Of a stretch of 64,000 nucleotides of DNA, positions 9,503 to 18,759 are shown piece after piece. Where the stretch lies: NCBI GenBank assembly GCA_048634245.1, contig JAIWAR010000001.1:13889-77888 (forward strand). Direction: 5' to 3'. This DNA comes from Methanosarcinales archaeon (GTDB lineage Bacteria; Omnitrophota; Gorgyraeia; Duberdicusellales; 4484-171). The first letter of the stretch is position 1. Each line of letters starts with the position of its first letter. The translations under genes were made by a program, and so were the position numbers. Below the pieces are notes generated by a model. That model did no database searches. It was not told the origin of the DNA and saw nothing but the letters and a program-made list of their open reading frames with translations.

Positions 9503-10167
9503 AGAGGGAAGGGATTATTCTTGTAGATAAACCTAAGGGGATTACCTCGCATGATGTAGTTGATATTGTGCGGAGGCGCCTTAAGATTAAAAAAGTAGGC
9601 CATGCAGGGACTCTTGATCCATTAGCTCAAGGGTTATTAATTATTCTGGTGGGTAAGTGTACGAAGCTATTTTCTAAATTTTCCGGTTTAGACAAAGAAT
9701 ATTCCGGAGTATTAAAGCTGGGGGAAGTTACGACCACAGGAGATTCTCAAGGGGAAGTTACCCAAAAGAAGGAGTGGGCTCAGATTAGCGAGGATAGGAT
9801 AAGGGAGGCATTTTCTTTGTTCATCGGCGAGACAAAGCAGGTTCCTCCTATGGTTAGCGCTTTAAGAGTAGGAGGTAAGAGGCTTTATAAGTTAGCCCGT
9901 CGCGGTATCGTGGTAGAAAGAACTCCTCGAAAAATAAAAATATATTCTTTGGAGATATTAAAGATAGATCTTCCTTTTGTTGAGTTTCGTCTCCATTGTT
10001 CTAAGGGGACATATGTAAGAAAGTTAGCTGAGGATATCGGTGAGAAATTGGGGTGCGGAGCTCATATGGTGAAAATATTACGCCTGAGCATAGGTTCTTT
10101 TGAACTGGGCAAGGCAATAGCTTTGGATGATATCAATGAAAGTCATCTCCAGCAGATTACCTTTTAA
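9499..10167 (+). CDS. truB: tRNA pseudouridine(55) synthase
   Basis: KPKGITSHDVVDIVRRRLKIKKVGHAGTLDPLAQGLL catalytic motif. Confidence 0.9.
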   Translation: MKREGIILVDKPKGITSHDVVDIVRRRLKIKKVGHAGTLDPLAQGLLIILVGKCTKLFSKFSGLDKEYSGVLKLGEVTTTGDSQGEVTQKKEWAQISEDRIREAFSLFIGETKQVPPMVSALRVGGKRLYKLARRGIVVERTPRKIKIYSLEILKIDLPFVEFRLHCSKGTYVRKLAEDIGEKLGCGAHMVKILRLSIGSFELGKAIALDDINESHLQQITF

Positions 10168-11152
10168 GAGGGTAAAGTGTGTAGCAACCGTAGGTGTTTT
10201 TGACGGAATTCATCTCGGGCATCAGTTTATTCTGAGAAAAGTAAAAGAGGCTGCCAAAAAAAAAGGAGTAGCTTCTTTAGTCATTACTTTTGATATTCCG
10301 CCTCAGCGATTCCTAGCTAAGAAAAACCTTACTTCGCATTGCCGGCCCAAAAAAGCATTTATCGGAGCCATAACCGATGCAGATGACAAAGCCGTTTTAA
10401 TAGGCGCATTAGGTATAGACTATCTTTGGTTTTTAAAAACCAGGGAATCTCTTTTGCGGCTATCAGCCCAGGGTTTTATAAGTTATATCCAGAGATATTT
10501 TAAAATAGAAGGGCTTATTGTTGGTCGTGATTTTCGTTTTGGACATCGGGGAGGAGGGGATCTAAGGGATTTGAAAAATCTAAGCAGTAAGCATAAATTT
10601 GAGTTATCAATAATAGGAAAGAAAAATAAAAATAAGCAAGTAGTGAGCAGTTCTTTGATCCGGCAGTTTATCCGGTGTGGGCAACTAAAGGAAGCGGAAC
10701 AGTTTTTAGGCCGAAGTTTTTCTTTAAAAGGAAAAGTATTTAAGGGGAGAGGCTTAGGGCTACAGTTTGGTTTCCCTACAGCGAACATCAAAGCCGATAA
10801 CTACGTTATTCCGATGCGGGGAGTATATGCGGCCTATGTGGTTTTAGGAAGAAAAGTATATCTCGCTGCGGTTAATGTGGGGTTGAGGCCTACTTGTGCC
10901 CGCAAGGGTGCCTGTGCCCGTCAGGGTACTTTTTCTGGAGTTATTGGCCCGGTTATAGAAGCTCATATTTTAAATCTGAAAAAAAATATTCTTGGAAAAA
11001 CCATTAAGATTATCTTTTTGGAAAAGATAAGAGAAGAGAAAAAGTTTTCTTCATTCGAGGCTTTAAAGAGTGCTATTGGTAAAGATATTGTCTGCCTGAC
11101 CTCAAAATATAGTGCTTCCCAGCTCCCACATCCACAACCCCTTGTGGTATAA
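10127..11152 (+). CDS. ribF: Bifunctional riboflavin kinase / FAD synthetase
   Basis: VGVFDGIHLGHQ nucleotidyltransferase motif plus a C-terminal riboflavin kinase domain. Confidence 0.9.
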   Translation: MISMKVISSRLPFKRVKCVATVGVFDGIHLGHQFILRKVKEAAKKKGVASLVITFDIPPQRFLAKKNLTSHCRPKKAFIGAITDADDKAVLIGALGIDYLWFLKTRESLLRLSAQGFISYIQRYFKIEGLIVGRDFRFGHRGGGDLRDLKNLSSKHKFELSIIGKKNKNKQVVSSSLIRQFIRCGQLKEAEQFLGRSFSLKGKVFKGRGLGLQFGFPTANIKADNYVIPMRGVYAAYVVLGRKVYLAAVNVGLRPTCARKGACARQGTFSGVIGPVIEAHILNLKKNILGKTIKIIFLEKIREEKKFSSFEALKSAIGKDIVCLTSKYSASQLPHPQPLVV

Positions 11153-11173
11153 GCATTTATTCATCAAAAATTC

Positions 11174-11202
11174 TTGACAACGGGTAAATTTTGTTCTATA
11201 TT
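11174..11202 (+). promoter_or_regulatory. Sigma70-type promoter of the dcw cluster (TTGACA - 17 nt - TATATT)
   Basis: -35 element at 11174..11179, 17 nt spacer, -10 element at 11197..11202. Confidence 0.6.
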
Positions 11203-11209
11203 CTTATTG

Positions 11210-11234
11210 TGGAGCAAAATGGAGTAAAGTGGAA
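11210..11234 (+). promoter_or_regulatory. MraZ operator: three TGGAR direct repeats with exact 10 bp periodicity
   Basis: TGGAG at 11210, TGGAG at 11220, TGGAA at 11230. They lie between the -10 element and the mraZ ATG, matching the MraZ box architecture known from E. coli. Confidence 0.55.
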
Positions 11235-11671
11235 TGTGGTATGGTGAATATATACACAAATTAGACGATAAGGATAGGTTTATCTTACCGGCTAAGTTTC
11301 GGGAAAAGATAAAAACTCTAAAAGAAAAGAAATTTTTTATTACCCGAGGCCTTGACGGTTGTCTTTTTCTGGTTCCTCAAGAAGCCTGGAAAAGATTAGA
11401 GGATAAATTAAGATCACTTCCCTTTACTAAAAAACAGTCAAGAACTTTTAACCGGCTATATTTTAGCGGGGCTTCAGAAATTGATATTGATACTCAGGGC
11501 CGGATAATCCTTCCTGAATATTTGAAAGAATTCGCCCGGATTCAAAGAGAAATAGTAATCATCGGGGTGGCCGATAGAATCGAGATCTGGGGTAAAGAAG
11601 GCTGGGATAGATTTTACCAGGAAAGCAAAAAGAGATTTGAAGAAATGGCTGAGAATCTTTTTGAAGAATAA
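11234..11671 (+). CDS. mraZ: Transcriptional regulator MraZ
   Basis: Duplicated MraZ/SpoVT-AbrB domains (DDKDRFILPAKFR and DTQGRIILP). Confidence 0.9.
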   Translation: MWYGEYIHKLDDKDRFILPAKFREKIKTLKEKKFFITRGLDGCLFLVPQEAWKRLEDKLRSLPFTKKQSRTFNRLYFSGASEIDIDTQGRIILPEYLKEFARIQREIVIIGVADRIEIWGKEGWDRFYQESKKRFEEMAENLFEE

Positions 11672-11707
11672 TTGAGGTGAATAACCTCTAAAAACAAGGG
11701 GGGGCTA

Positions 11708-11896
11708 ATGACAAGAGTAGTTGCCGGAACTCAAAAAGCTTCTTCAAGAACAAGAAAAGGCAATCTTTCAGGGTTATCTGTAGTTAGCTTATCAGGATTT
11801 CATATTTGCCAGATGGTTGATAAAAAACCCTTAAAAACCTCCCTGGCTGAGCGAAAAATATTAAAAGAGATAGTTTGGCCTAAGAAAAAAAGATGA
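11708..11896 (+). CDS. Small hypothetical protein (62 aa) between mraZ and rsmH
   Basis: G-rich ribosome-binding site. Its stop overlaps the rsmH ATG (ATGA). No recognisable motif. Confidence 0.25.
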   Translation: MTRVVAGTQKASSRTRKGNLSGLSVVSLSGFHICQMVDKKPLKTSLAERKILKEIVWPKKKR

Positions 11897-12816
11897 TTAT
11901 TTCCCAGGATCTTCCTATGATGATGAAAGAAGCGTATCACTATCCGGTTATGTATCGAGAAGTTTTAAGGTTTCTTGAGATAGAGACAAAGCGGATTGTT
12001 GTTGACTGTACTGTTGGCATTGGGTCTCATGCTTTGGGGCTGCTGGAGTCAGCGGCAGAAGACGCTTTTCTCATAGGTATTGACCGGGATCAAGATTCTC
12101 TGGATCTTGCTAAGGCGCGTCTTGAACCTTTTAGGGGAAGATTTATTCTTATTAAAGATAATTTTGCGAATTTAGACCGGATATTAGGGAAATTAGACAT
12201 AGAGGGAGTAGACGCTTTATTGTTCGATTTAGGGATTTCTACCTATCAATTAGGTAATCCCGCCCGGGGTTTTAGTTTCTTAAAAGAAGGGCCTTTGGAT
12301 ATGCGTATGGATAAGGATTCTTTTCTCTCAGCATATGATTTGGTAAATAATCTAAGTGAGATTGAGTTAGGGAATATTTTTAAGAAGTTTGGAGAAGAAC
12401 GTTATTCTCGAAGGGTGGCCCACTCTTTAGTTGAGTCAAGAAAGAATGAACCGATTTCTACGACTGTCCAGCTTGCAGATTTAATTATACGCTGTATTCC
12501 CGGTGAAGCTCGGTGGGGAAGGATTCATCCGGCAACGAGGATATTTCAGGCTTTAAGGATTGCTGTTAATAGAGAGCTGGAAGCTCTAAGAACGGCTCTC
12601 GTTCAGGCGATATCACACCTTAAATCCGGAGGAAGGATAGGGGTTATTTCTTTTCACTCTTTAGAAGACAGAATCGTTAAGCATACATATAAGGATTATT
12701 TTTCTAAGGGTATATTAAAAATTGTTACCAAGAAACCTCTTACTCCGACCGAAGAGGAGAAAAATGAAAATCCGCCGTCCCGTTCAGCTAAATTGCGGGT
12801 AGCGGAAAAGATTTAA
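11893..12816 (+). CDS. rsmH: 16S rRNA (cytosine1402-N4)-methyltransferase
   Basis: DCTVGIGSHALG SAM-binding motif. RsmH-like throughout. Confidence 0.9.
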   Translation: MIISQDLPMMMKEAYHYPVMYREVLRFLEIETKRIVVDCTVGIGSHALGLLESAAEDAFLIGIDRDQDSLDLAKARLEPFRGRFILIKDNFANLDRILGKLDIEGVDALLFDLGISTYQLGNPARGFSFLKEGPLDMRMDKDSFLSAYDLVNNLSEIELGNIFKKFGEERYSRRVAHSLVESRKNEPISTTVQLADLIIRCIPGEARWGRIHPATRIFQALRIAVNRELEALRTALVQAISHLKSGGRIGVISFHSLEDRIVKHTYKDYFSKGILKIVTKKPLTPTEEEKNENPPSRSAKLRVAEKI

Positions 12817-12826
12817 TATTTATCTT

Positions 12827-13282
12827 ATGAACTTCGTTAGAAATTTTGTTTTATCAAGCGGACAGAGCGGTATTCCTAATAAGGTAAAACCCGCTGGAGT
12901 TGCAATCTCTAACGGGATGAAAAAGCTGCTACCTTTAATTTTACCGGTTATTATATTCCTTTTCACATTGCTATATCTGCATCAAAAAGTCCAGCTTTAC
13001 GTTGAGGCCTATCGGTTGAGTAATACTTTTTATTGCCATAAGGAACTTATTGATAAGAGGGATTACTTGATGTATAATTTTGCCAAGGAAGCAACTCTGG
13101 CTAAAGTTAACCAATGGGCGATTCGAAAAGATTTTACTCCTATAGATAAAAACAGGGTAATGGCTTTGAATACGAAGAGGCAAGCACAGAGCATTAGTAA
13201 TAGCAGAGTAGCTTTATTACTTAGCCGAATCTTAAAAGCCTCAACGCCTACTTCAACCGCCTTGGCTGAAGAGAAAAGATAA
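12827..13282 (+). CDS. ftsL: Cell division protein FtsL (start probably at the internal MKKLLPL)
   Basis: Single TM helix plus a coiled-coil region. Located between rsmH and ftsI. Confidence 0.6.
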   Translation: MNFVRNFVLSSGQSGIPNKVKPAGVAISNGMKKLLPLILPVIIFLFTLLYLHQKVQLYVEAYRLSNTFYCHKELIDKRDYLMYNFAKEATLAKVNQWAIRKDFTPIDKNRVMALNTKRQAQSISNSRVALLLSRILKASTPTSTALAEEKR

Positions 13283-13319
13283 GGTTTCTTTCCGGAATCT
13301 TTAAAATTAAAAGCGAGAA

Positions 13320-14990
13320 GTGCGCAGAAAATATAATCAAAGAATAACCGGTGTATATTTTTTCTTCCTTATTTTGTTCTTTGGTATAGCTTTAAGAATC
13401 TTTTATTTACAGGTATTTAGAAGCAATTTTTTCCAGAGTTTAGCTCAAAACCAGCGTTATCGGCTCATAAATCTTCAAGGCAAAAGAGGCGATATCTTTG
13501 ATCGTCAAAAAAGGATTTTGGCTACCGGTATAAGTTGTTACTCTGTTTTTGCGGATCCGGCTTTGGTTAAAGAGCCTAATTCAACCGCAGAAATTCTTTC
13601 CGCTACTTTAAATTTGTCTAGAGAAAATTTACTTTCCAGGTTAAAGAGAAAAAAGAGGTTTATCTGGTTAAAAAGGAAAATTTCTTGGGCAGATAAAGAA
13701 AAGGTAAAATCGCATAAATTAGAAGGTATAGGTTTTATAAGGGAAGAGAGGCGATTTTATCCTCAAGATGATTTGGCCGCGGCAGTTACCGGTATTGTTA
13801 ATATCGACAACAAAGGCCTGGAGGGGCTGGAGCTGGTTTACAATGATTATTTGCACGGTAAAGATGGTTGGGTGAGAATTCTTCAGGATTCAGCTTCTCG
13901 GGAAATTATTCTTTCTTCGCAAATAATAACTCCTCAAGCAGGCGCTGATATCATCCTAAGCCTGGATGCTCAAATACAATATTGGGCTGAGGAGTATTTG
14001 GGGAGGACTGTTAAGGATTTTAAAGCGGTTTCCGGGGGCGTAGTGATAATGGATTCATCAAACGGAGAGATATTAGCTCTGGCTAATTACCCCGGCTTTA
14101 ACCCTAATGAGTTAGGAAGTATTTTACCACAGCAGATGCGTAATCGTACAGTATCAGACATGTTTGAGCCTGGCTCAGTATTTAAAGTAGCAACCCTTTT
14201 AGCCGCGGTTAATGAGAATAAAATTTCCAATGAAGATAAGTTTTTTTGTGAAAATGGTAAATTTAAAATTCCCGGTACGACTCTTCATGACTGGAAGCCT
14301 TACGGTGAGTTGACCTTTGAAGAGGTTTTTATGAAGTCAAGCAATATTGGTGTGGCAAAAATTGTTCAACTATTAGGCCCGGACATATTTTCCGGTTATT
14401 TGAAGCGGTTGGGGTTTGGCCGTTTAAGCGGTATTGATTTACCCGGAGAAGCAAAAGGTTTGGTTAAATCACTAGATAAGTGGTCGAGGACATCGGCCTA
14501 TATTATACCTATTGGCCAGGAGGTGGGGGTAAACCTTTTACAATTGGTACGTGCATTTGCCGCTGTTGTTAATGGCGGTTATTTAGTTAAGCCACATTTA
14601 GTAAAGAGTATTTGTTCTCAGGATTTTTGTGAGGAGAGTACTTTTACGAGTAAAAAGCGAATATTTCCGAAATCCAGCGCCGACAGGGCAAAAGACATTC
14701 TTATTGCTGTAGTGAGCGAAGGCACCGGAAAGCGAGCTCAAGTAAAGGGGCGCAAGATTGGCGGTAAAACCGGTACTGCTCAGAAATATGACACTAAGCT
14801 AAAGAGATATTCATCTTCGAAGTATCGAGCGACATTTGTCGGCTTTATTGCTGATTTAAATCCGCCTTTGGTAATTGGGGTTACTATAGATGAGCCTCAG
14901 CGTTCTCATTTTGGCGGAGTTGTGGCGGCGCCGGTTTTTAAAAATATTGCCCAGAAGGTTATTAAGTATATAGAAGGAGCGGGAAATTGA
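13320..14990 (+). CDS. ftsI: Peptidoglycan D,D-transpeptidase FtsI (class B PBP)
   Basis: N-terminal TM helix, then the SVFK (SxxK), SSN and KTGT motifs. Confidence 0.85.
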   Translation: MRRKYNQRITGVYFFFLILFFGIALRIFYLQVFRSNFFQSLAQNQRYRLINLQGKRGDIFDRQKRILATGISCYSVFADPALVKEPNSTAEILSATLNLSRENLLSRLKRKKRFIWLKRKISWADKEKVKSHKLEGIGFIREERRFYPQDDLAAAVTGIVNIDNKGLEGLELVYNDYLHGKDGWVRILQDSASREIILSSQIITPQAGADIILSLDAQIQYWAEEYLGRTVKDFKAVSGGVVIMDSSNGEILALANYPGFNPNELGSILPQQMRNRTVSDMFEPGSVFKVATLLAAVNENKISNEDKFFCENGKFKIPGTTLHDWKPYGELTFEEVFMKSSNIGVAKIVQLLGPDIFSGYLKRLGFGRLSGIDLPGEAKGLVKSLDKWSRTSAYIIPIGQEVGVNLLQLVRAFAAVVNGGYLVKPHLVKSICSQDFCEESTFTSKKRIFPKSSADRAKDILIAVVSEGTGKRAQVKGRKIGGKTGTAQKYDTKLKRYSSSKYRATFVGFIADLNPPLVIGVTIDEPQRSHFGGVVAAPVFKNIAQKVIKYIEGAGN

Positions 14991-16135
14991 AGAATCTAAA
15001 AATTATCGGTATTACCGGTACTAACGGCAAGACTACTACCGTATTTCTTGCTTATCACCTGCTTAAGGAAATGGGCCAGAAATCTTCATTAATAGGCACA
15101 ATAAAATATATTATTGGTTCAAAAGTATACAAAGCAAATCTTACTACTCCGGGTTTTATTGATCTTGGCAAGCTTTTAAAAAAAGCCGAAGATTCGGGCA
15201 GCCGCTTTGTGGTTATGGAAGTTTCATCTCACGCTCTTGCTCAAGGAAGGGTTAAGGGGCTAAAATTTTCTCGCTGTGTATTTACTAATTTAAGCCGAGA
15301 TCACCTTGATTACCATAAGACTTTAAATAATTATTTTAATACTAAAAAAAAGCTATTCTTTTCTCAAGGAACCCCATTTTCACTAATAAACGTTGACGAC
15401 CGATATGGGAAGAAGATATTTAAAAAAATAAAGCGGGGGTTGAGTTTTTCAATTGCAGAGCAATCTGACTTTAAGGCTGAGAATATAGTTTTAGGCAAGA
15501 GAGGTTCTTGTTTTGACCTGATCTTTTCGGGGAAGTCTTATCCGGTAAAAACCCGGCTCTGCGGGCGGCATAATGTTTTAAATATTTTAGGAGCTATAAG
15601 CCTGGTTTTTACTTTAGGTTTTTCTCTTCCAAAGTTAGTAAGAGCTGTAAGCAATTTTAAACCGGTGGAAGGAAGGTTAGAGCCGGCAGCTTCCGATATA
15701 TTTATTGACTATGCTCATACTCCCGATGCCTTGGATAATGCATTGAAAAGCCTGCGTGAGGCCGGTTACGAGAAGATTATTTGTGTTTTTGGCTGCGGTG
15801 GAGACAGGGATAAAGGTAAGCGGAGAGCAATGGGGCAAATAGCCGCGTATGAGGCGGATTTTACTTTTATCACCTCAGATAACCCTCGCAGTGAAGAACC
15901 GGGTAAGATTTGTTCTCAGGTAGAAAAAGGGTTTAAGAAGAATAACTATTTAATTATTGTTGATAGGCGCAAGGCAATAAGAGAAGCGATAAAAGTTTTT
16001 CTTAAAAATAAGGAGGGCAAATCCTGTCTTTTGATAGCGGGAAAAGGCCATGAGAATTATCAAATTATCAAGGATAAAAAGATACGATTTAGTGATAAAC
16101 GGGTAGTAAAAGAACTTTTAAACATGAAGCTATGA
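14987..16135 (+). CDS. murE: UDP-MurNAc-L-Ala-D-Glu:meso-DAP ligase lacking the usual N-terminal domain
   Basis: Starts directly at GITGTNGKTTT. Carries the MurE-specific DNPR motif. At 382 aa it is about 100 aa shorter than typical MurE. Overlaps the ftsI stop. Confidence 0.8.
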   Translation: MKNLKIIGITGTNGKTTTVFLAYHLLKEMGQKSSLIGTIKYIIGSKVYKANLTTPGFIDLGKLLKKAEDSGSRFVVMEVSSHALAQGRVKGLKFSRCVFTNLSRDHLDYHKTLNNYFNTKKKLFFSQGTPFSLINVDDRYGKKIFKKIKRGLSFSIAEQSDFKAENIVLGKRGSCFDLIFSGKSYPVKTRLCGRHNVLNILGAISLVFTLGFSLPKLVRAVSNFKPVEGRLEPAASDIFIDYAHTPDALDNALKSLREAGYEKIICVFGCGGDRDKGKRRAMGQIAAYEADFTFITSDNPRSEEPGKICSQVEKGFKKNNYLIIVDRRKAIREAIKVFLKNKEGKSCLLIAGKGHENYQIIKDKKIRFSDKRVVKELLNMKL

Positions 16136-16198
16136 TAAAATACTGTTTTTTCTCTTCCGGCACGATTTTCCCCTTCGGGTCGTCAAAAATTACCTAAA

Positions 16199-16235
16199 AA
16201 ACGCCTCCTAGCCTAACGGACTCGGCGTTTTTCTT
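16199..16235 (+). terminator. Hairpin plus T-run in the murE-murF gap (possible terminator or attenuator)
   Basis: AAACGCC...GGCGTTT forms a 7 bp stem with an 18 nt loop, followed by TTTTTC. A C(UUCG)G-type tetraloop hairpin lies just upstream at ~16170..16179. Confidence 0.3.
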
Positions 16236-16312
16236 AACGGTATTTTTTGACTAAAATCGTGGGTTGTTCAAAAACAGTATTTTATCATTGCGCTAAATAT
16301 AATATACAAAAA

Positions 16313-17680
16313 ATGATTATTTCAGATTTTAAAATTTTAGAGCGGCTCCTGAAGCCAAGCCAGATTTATAACCTCTATCATTTTAAATCTGTAAAAGGGT
16401 TTTCGCTTGACTCCCGCTCAATAGCCGGGGGTGAGGGTTTTGTGGCTGTCCGGGGTAAATACCACGATGGCCACGCTTTTATCAAAAAAGCTATAGCTAA
16501 AGGAGCCTCGTTTATTGTTGCCGAAGAGTATATACCGGTTAAGCCCAAAATTCCTTTTTTTGTTGTTGACGATACTTATCAGGCCTTAAGGTCAATTGCC
16601 GTCTATATACGTAAGAAAAAAAAGCCTTTTGTTTATGCGATTACCGGTTCGCTTGGTAAGACTACCACCAAGGAGATGCTTGGTTTTCTTCTTTCCCCTT
16701 ATTTCAAAGTTTTAACCAATAAAGGGACAGAAAATAATCTTCTCGGGGTGGTAAAGACAATTTTTTCACTTAGAGATGAGGAGATAATGATTTTGGAATT
16801 AGGAACAAATATGAAAGGAGAAATCGAGTCTTTAGCCGGGATTGCTCTTCCTGATGTAGGGGTAATTACCTTCATAAAGCCTGTCCATCTGGAAGGGCTG
16901 GGGAGTTTAAAGGGAGTTTTTAGTGAAAAAATTTCCTTGCTTAATGTTAATCCTAAGATGAAAGTTATTTTAAACCGTGATGACCCCTATTTGGCCGGGG
17001 TTAAAATGAACAAAATCTCTAACCGGGTTTATTGGTTTGGTAAAAAACGCGATAATCATCTTTTTGGGCGGCCAAGCAAAGGAATAAGCCGGAGTTCGAC
17101 TTTTCTCATTCAAGATAAGTATGAGTTAACTCTTCCTCGTTACTGCGAGGGATTTATTACTAATGTTTTAGCAGCGTTGCTTGCGGCAAGGATTGCCGGT
17201 ATTCCTTTAAAAGCGTTAGTTGAGAGAATGAATCATTTTCAGAATTTTTTGCCTTTAAGGATGCAGATAGATAAAATTAAAGGGTTTTCTATCCTAAATG
17301 ATGCTTATAATGCCAACCCTTATTCTTTTCAAGCGGCTTTTGAGAATTTGAAAAAGTGTTCTTTGAAAAAAGTAGCTGTAATCGGGGATATGTTGGAGTT
17401 GGGCAAAAGAAACAGGTATTATCATGAGCTTTTAGCCGGGCAGATTTTAAATTGTGAATTTAGCTATTGCTTAACTCTGGGAAAGCATACTTTATATTTA
17501 AACAAAAAGCTTCGAGGTTTAGGATATAAAAAAGCCTTCCATTTTATGTCTCAGGAGGCTATTGCTCAATTTATTAATAAGAGGATTGGCGTAAGCCCTC
17601 AAAACAAGAAAAGATATTTGATTTTTCTTAAAGGTTCGCGTAAGATGGAAACAGAGAAAATAATTAAATATTTAAGATGA
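16313..17680 (+). CDS. murF: UDP-MurNAc-tripeptide:D-Ala-D-Ala ligase (the ORF track starts at 16247; the conserved N-terminus begins at MIISDF)
   Basis: SLDSR...GEGFVAV and ITGSLGKTTTKEM motifs. Confidence 0.85.
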   Translation: MIISDFKILERLLKPSQIYNLYHFKSVKGFSLDSRSIAGGEGFVAVRGKYHDGHAFIKKAIAKGASFIVAEEYIPVKPKIPFFVVDDTYQALRSIAVYIRKKKKPFVYAITGSLGKTTTKEMLGFLLSPYFKVLTNKGTENNLLGVVKTIFSLRDEEIMILELGTNMKGEIESLAGIALPDVGVITFIKPVHLEGLGSLKGVFSEKISLLNVNPKMKVILNRDDPYLAGVKMNKISNRVYWFGKKRDNHLFGRPSKGISRSSTFLIQDKYELTLPRYCEGFITNVLAALLAARIAGIPLKALVERMNHFQNFLPLRMQIDKIKGFSILNDAYNANPYSFQAAFENLKKCSLKKVAVIGDMLELGKRNRYYHELLAGQILNCEFSYCLTLGKHTLYLNKKLRGLGYKKAFHFMSQEAIAQFINKRIGVSPQNKKRYLIFLKGSRKMETEKIIKYLR

Positions 17681-18759
17681 TTTATCACCTTCTTTACCCC
17701 CTAACCGAGTATTTTTCTATCTTTAATCTTACTAAATATATCACTTTCCGCAGCGGGTGCGCTTTTGTTACTTCTTTTATTGTTGTAATGATGCTTTGGA
17801 AAGTTACCTTAAAGAGATTGAAGAAACTAAAGATAGTAGAGAAAATAGATATGTACGGCCACGTTCATTTGGAAGCTCTTCATGAAGAGAAAAAAGGGAC
17901 TCCTACTATGGGTGGAGTTTTGATTCTTTTTGCAGTTTTGGTAACTACTCTTCTTTGGGGCAGATGGGATAATCATTTTATTTGGCTGGTTATCCTGGTC
18001 ACTATTTCTTTAGGCAGTTTGGGGTTATGCGATGATTTTCTAAAGGTTAAGCGGGGTAAAGGCCTAAGCCGGGGTAAGAAGCTATTTTGGCAGAGTTTAA
18101 TCGGAGTGTTGCTGGGGGTATTGATCGTAGCCAGCAAAAACTTTCCCACCACCTGGAGTTTTCCTTTTCTAAAGAAAGTGGTAGTCGATTTGGGTTATTT
18201 TTATATTTTCTGGGCCGCGCTTATGGTTGTGGCTGCCTCTAATGCGGTTAATTTTACTGACGGCCTTGACGGCCTGGCAATCGGAGCCTTAATCGGAAAC
18301 TTTTTAATTTTTGGATTTTTAAGTTATATTGTCGGGCATATGAAGTTTGCCGATTATCTCTTTATTCCTTACATAAAGGGCGCCGGGGAGTTAACTGTTT
18401 TTTGTTTTTCTCTGATGGGGGCCGGCTTAGCTTTCCTGTGGTTTAATTCTTATCCTGCCGAGGTTTTTATGGGGGATGTTGGCGCTTTAGCTTTAGGCGG
18501 AGCTATCGGGGCGATAGCCCTGCTAATAAAACAAGAATTTCTTCTTTTTATAAGCGGGGGATTATTTGTAATTGAGGCTTTAAGTGTTATTTTGCAGATG
18601 TTATCGGTAAAATTTAGAGGCAAGAGACTATTCAAAGCTGCTCCTTTGCACCATCATTTTCAAGTAGTGGGCTGGAAAGAGCCCAAGATAATTATTCGTT
18701 TTTGGATTGTTTCAATTCTGTGTGCAGTCATAGCTTTAATTACCCTTAAAGTACGGTGA
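17677..18759 (+). CDS. mraY: Phospho-N-acetylmuramoyl-pentapeptide transferase
   Basis: Polytopic membrane protein with the MraY motifs (GTPTMGG, NAVNFTDGLDGLA). Confidence 0.9.
   Translation: MIYHLLYPLTEYFSIFNLTKYITFRSGCAFVTSFIVVMMLWKVTLKRLKKLKIVEKIDMYGHVHLEALHEEKKGTPTMGGVLILFAVLVTTLLWGRWDNHFIWLVILVTISLGSLGLCDDFLKVKRGKGLSRGKKLFWQSLIGVLLGVLIVASKNFPTTWSFPFLKKVVVDLGYFYIFWAALMVVAASNAVNFTDGLDGLAIGALIGNFLIFGFLSYIVGHMKFADYLFIPYIKGAGELTVFCFSLMGAGLAFLWFNSYPAEVFMGDVGALALGGAIGAIALLIKQEFLLFISGGLFVIEALSVILQMLSVKFRGKRLFKAAPLHHHFQVVGWKEPKIIIRFWIVSILCAVIALITLKVR

Noticed and set aside
9094-9603. 169 aa minus-strand ORF
   Set aside because: It is embedded entirely within the well-supported nrnA/truB genes on the opposite strand. 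Its composition is low-complexity and it has no motifs.
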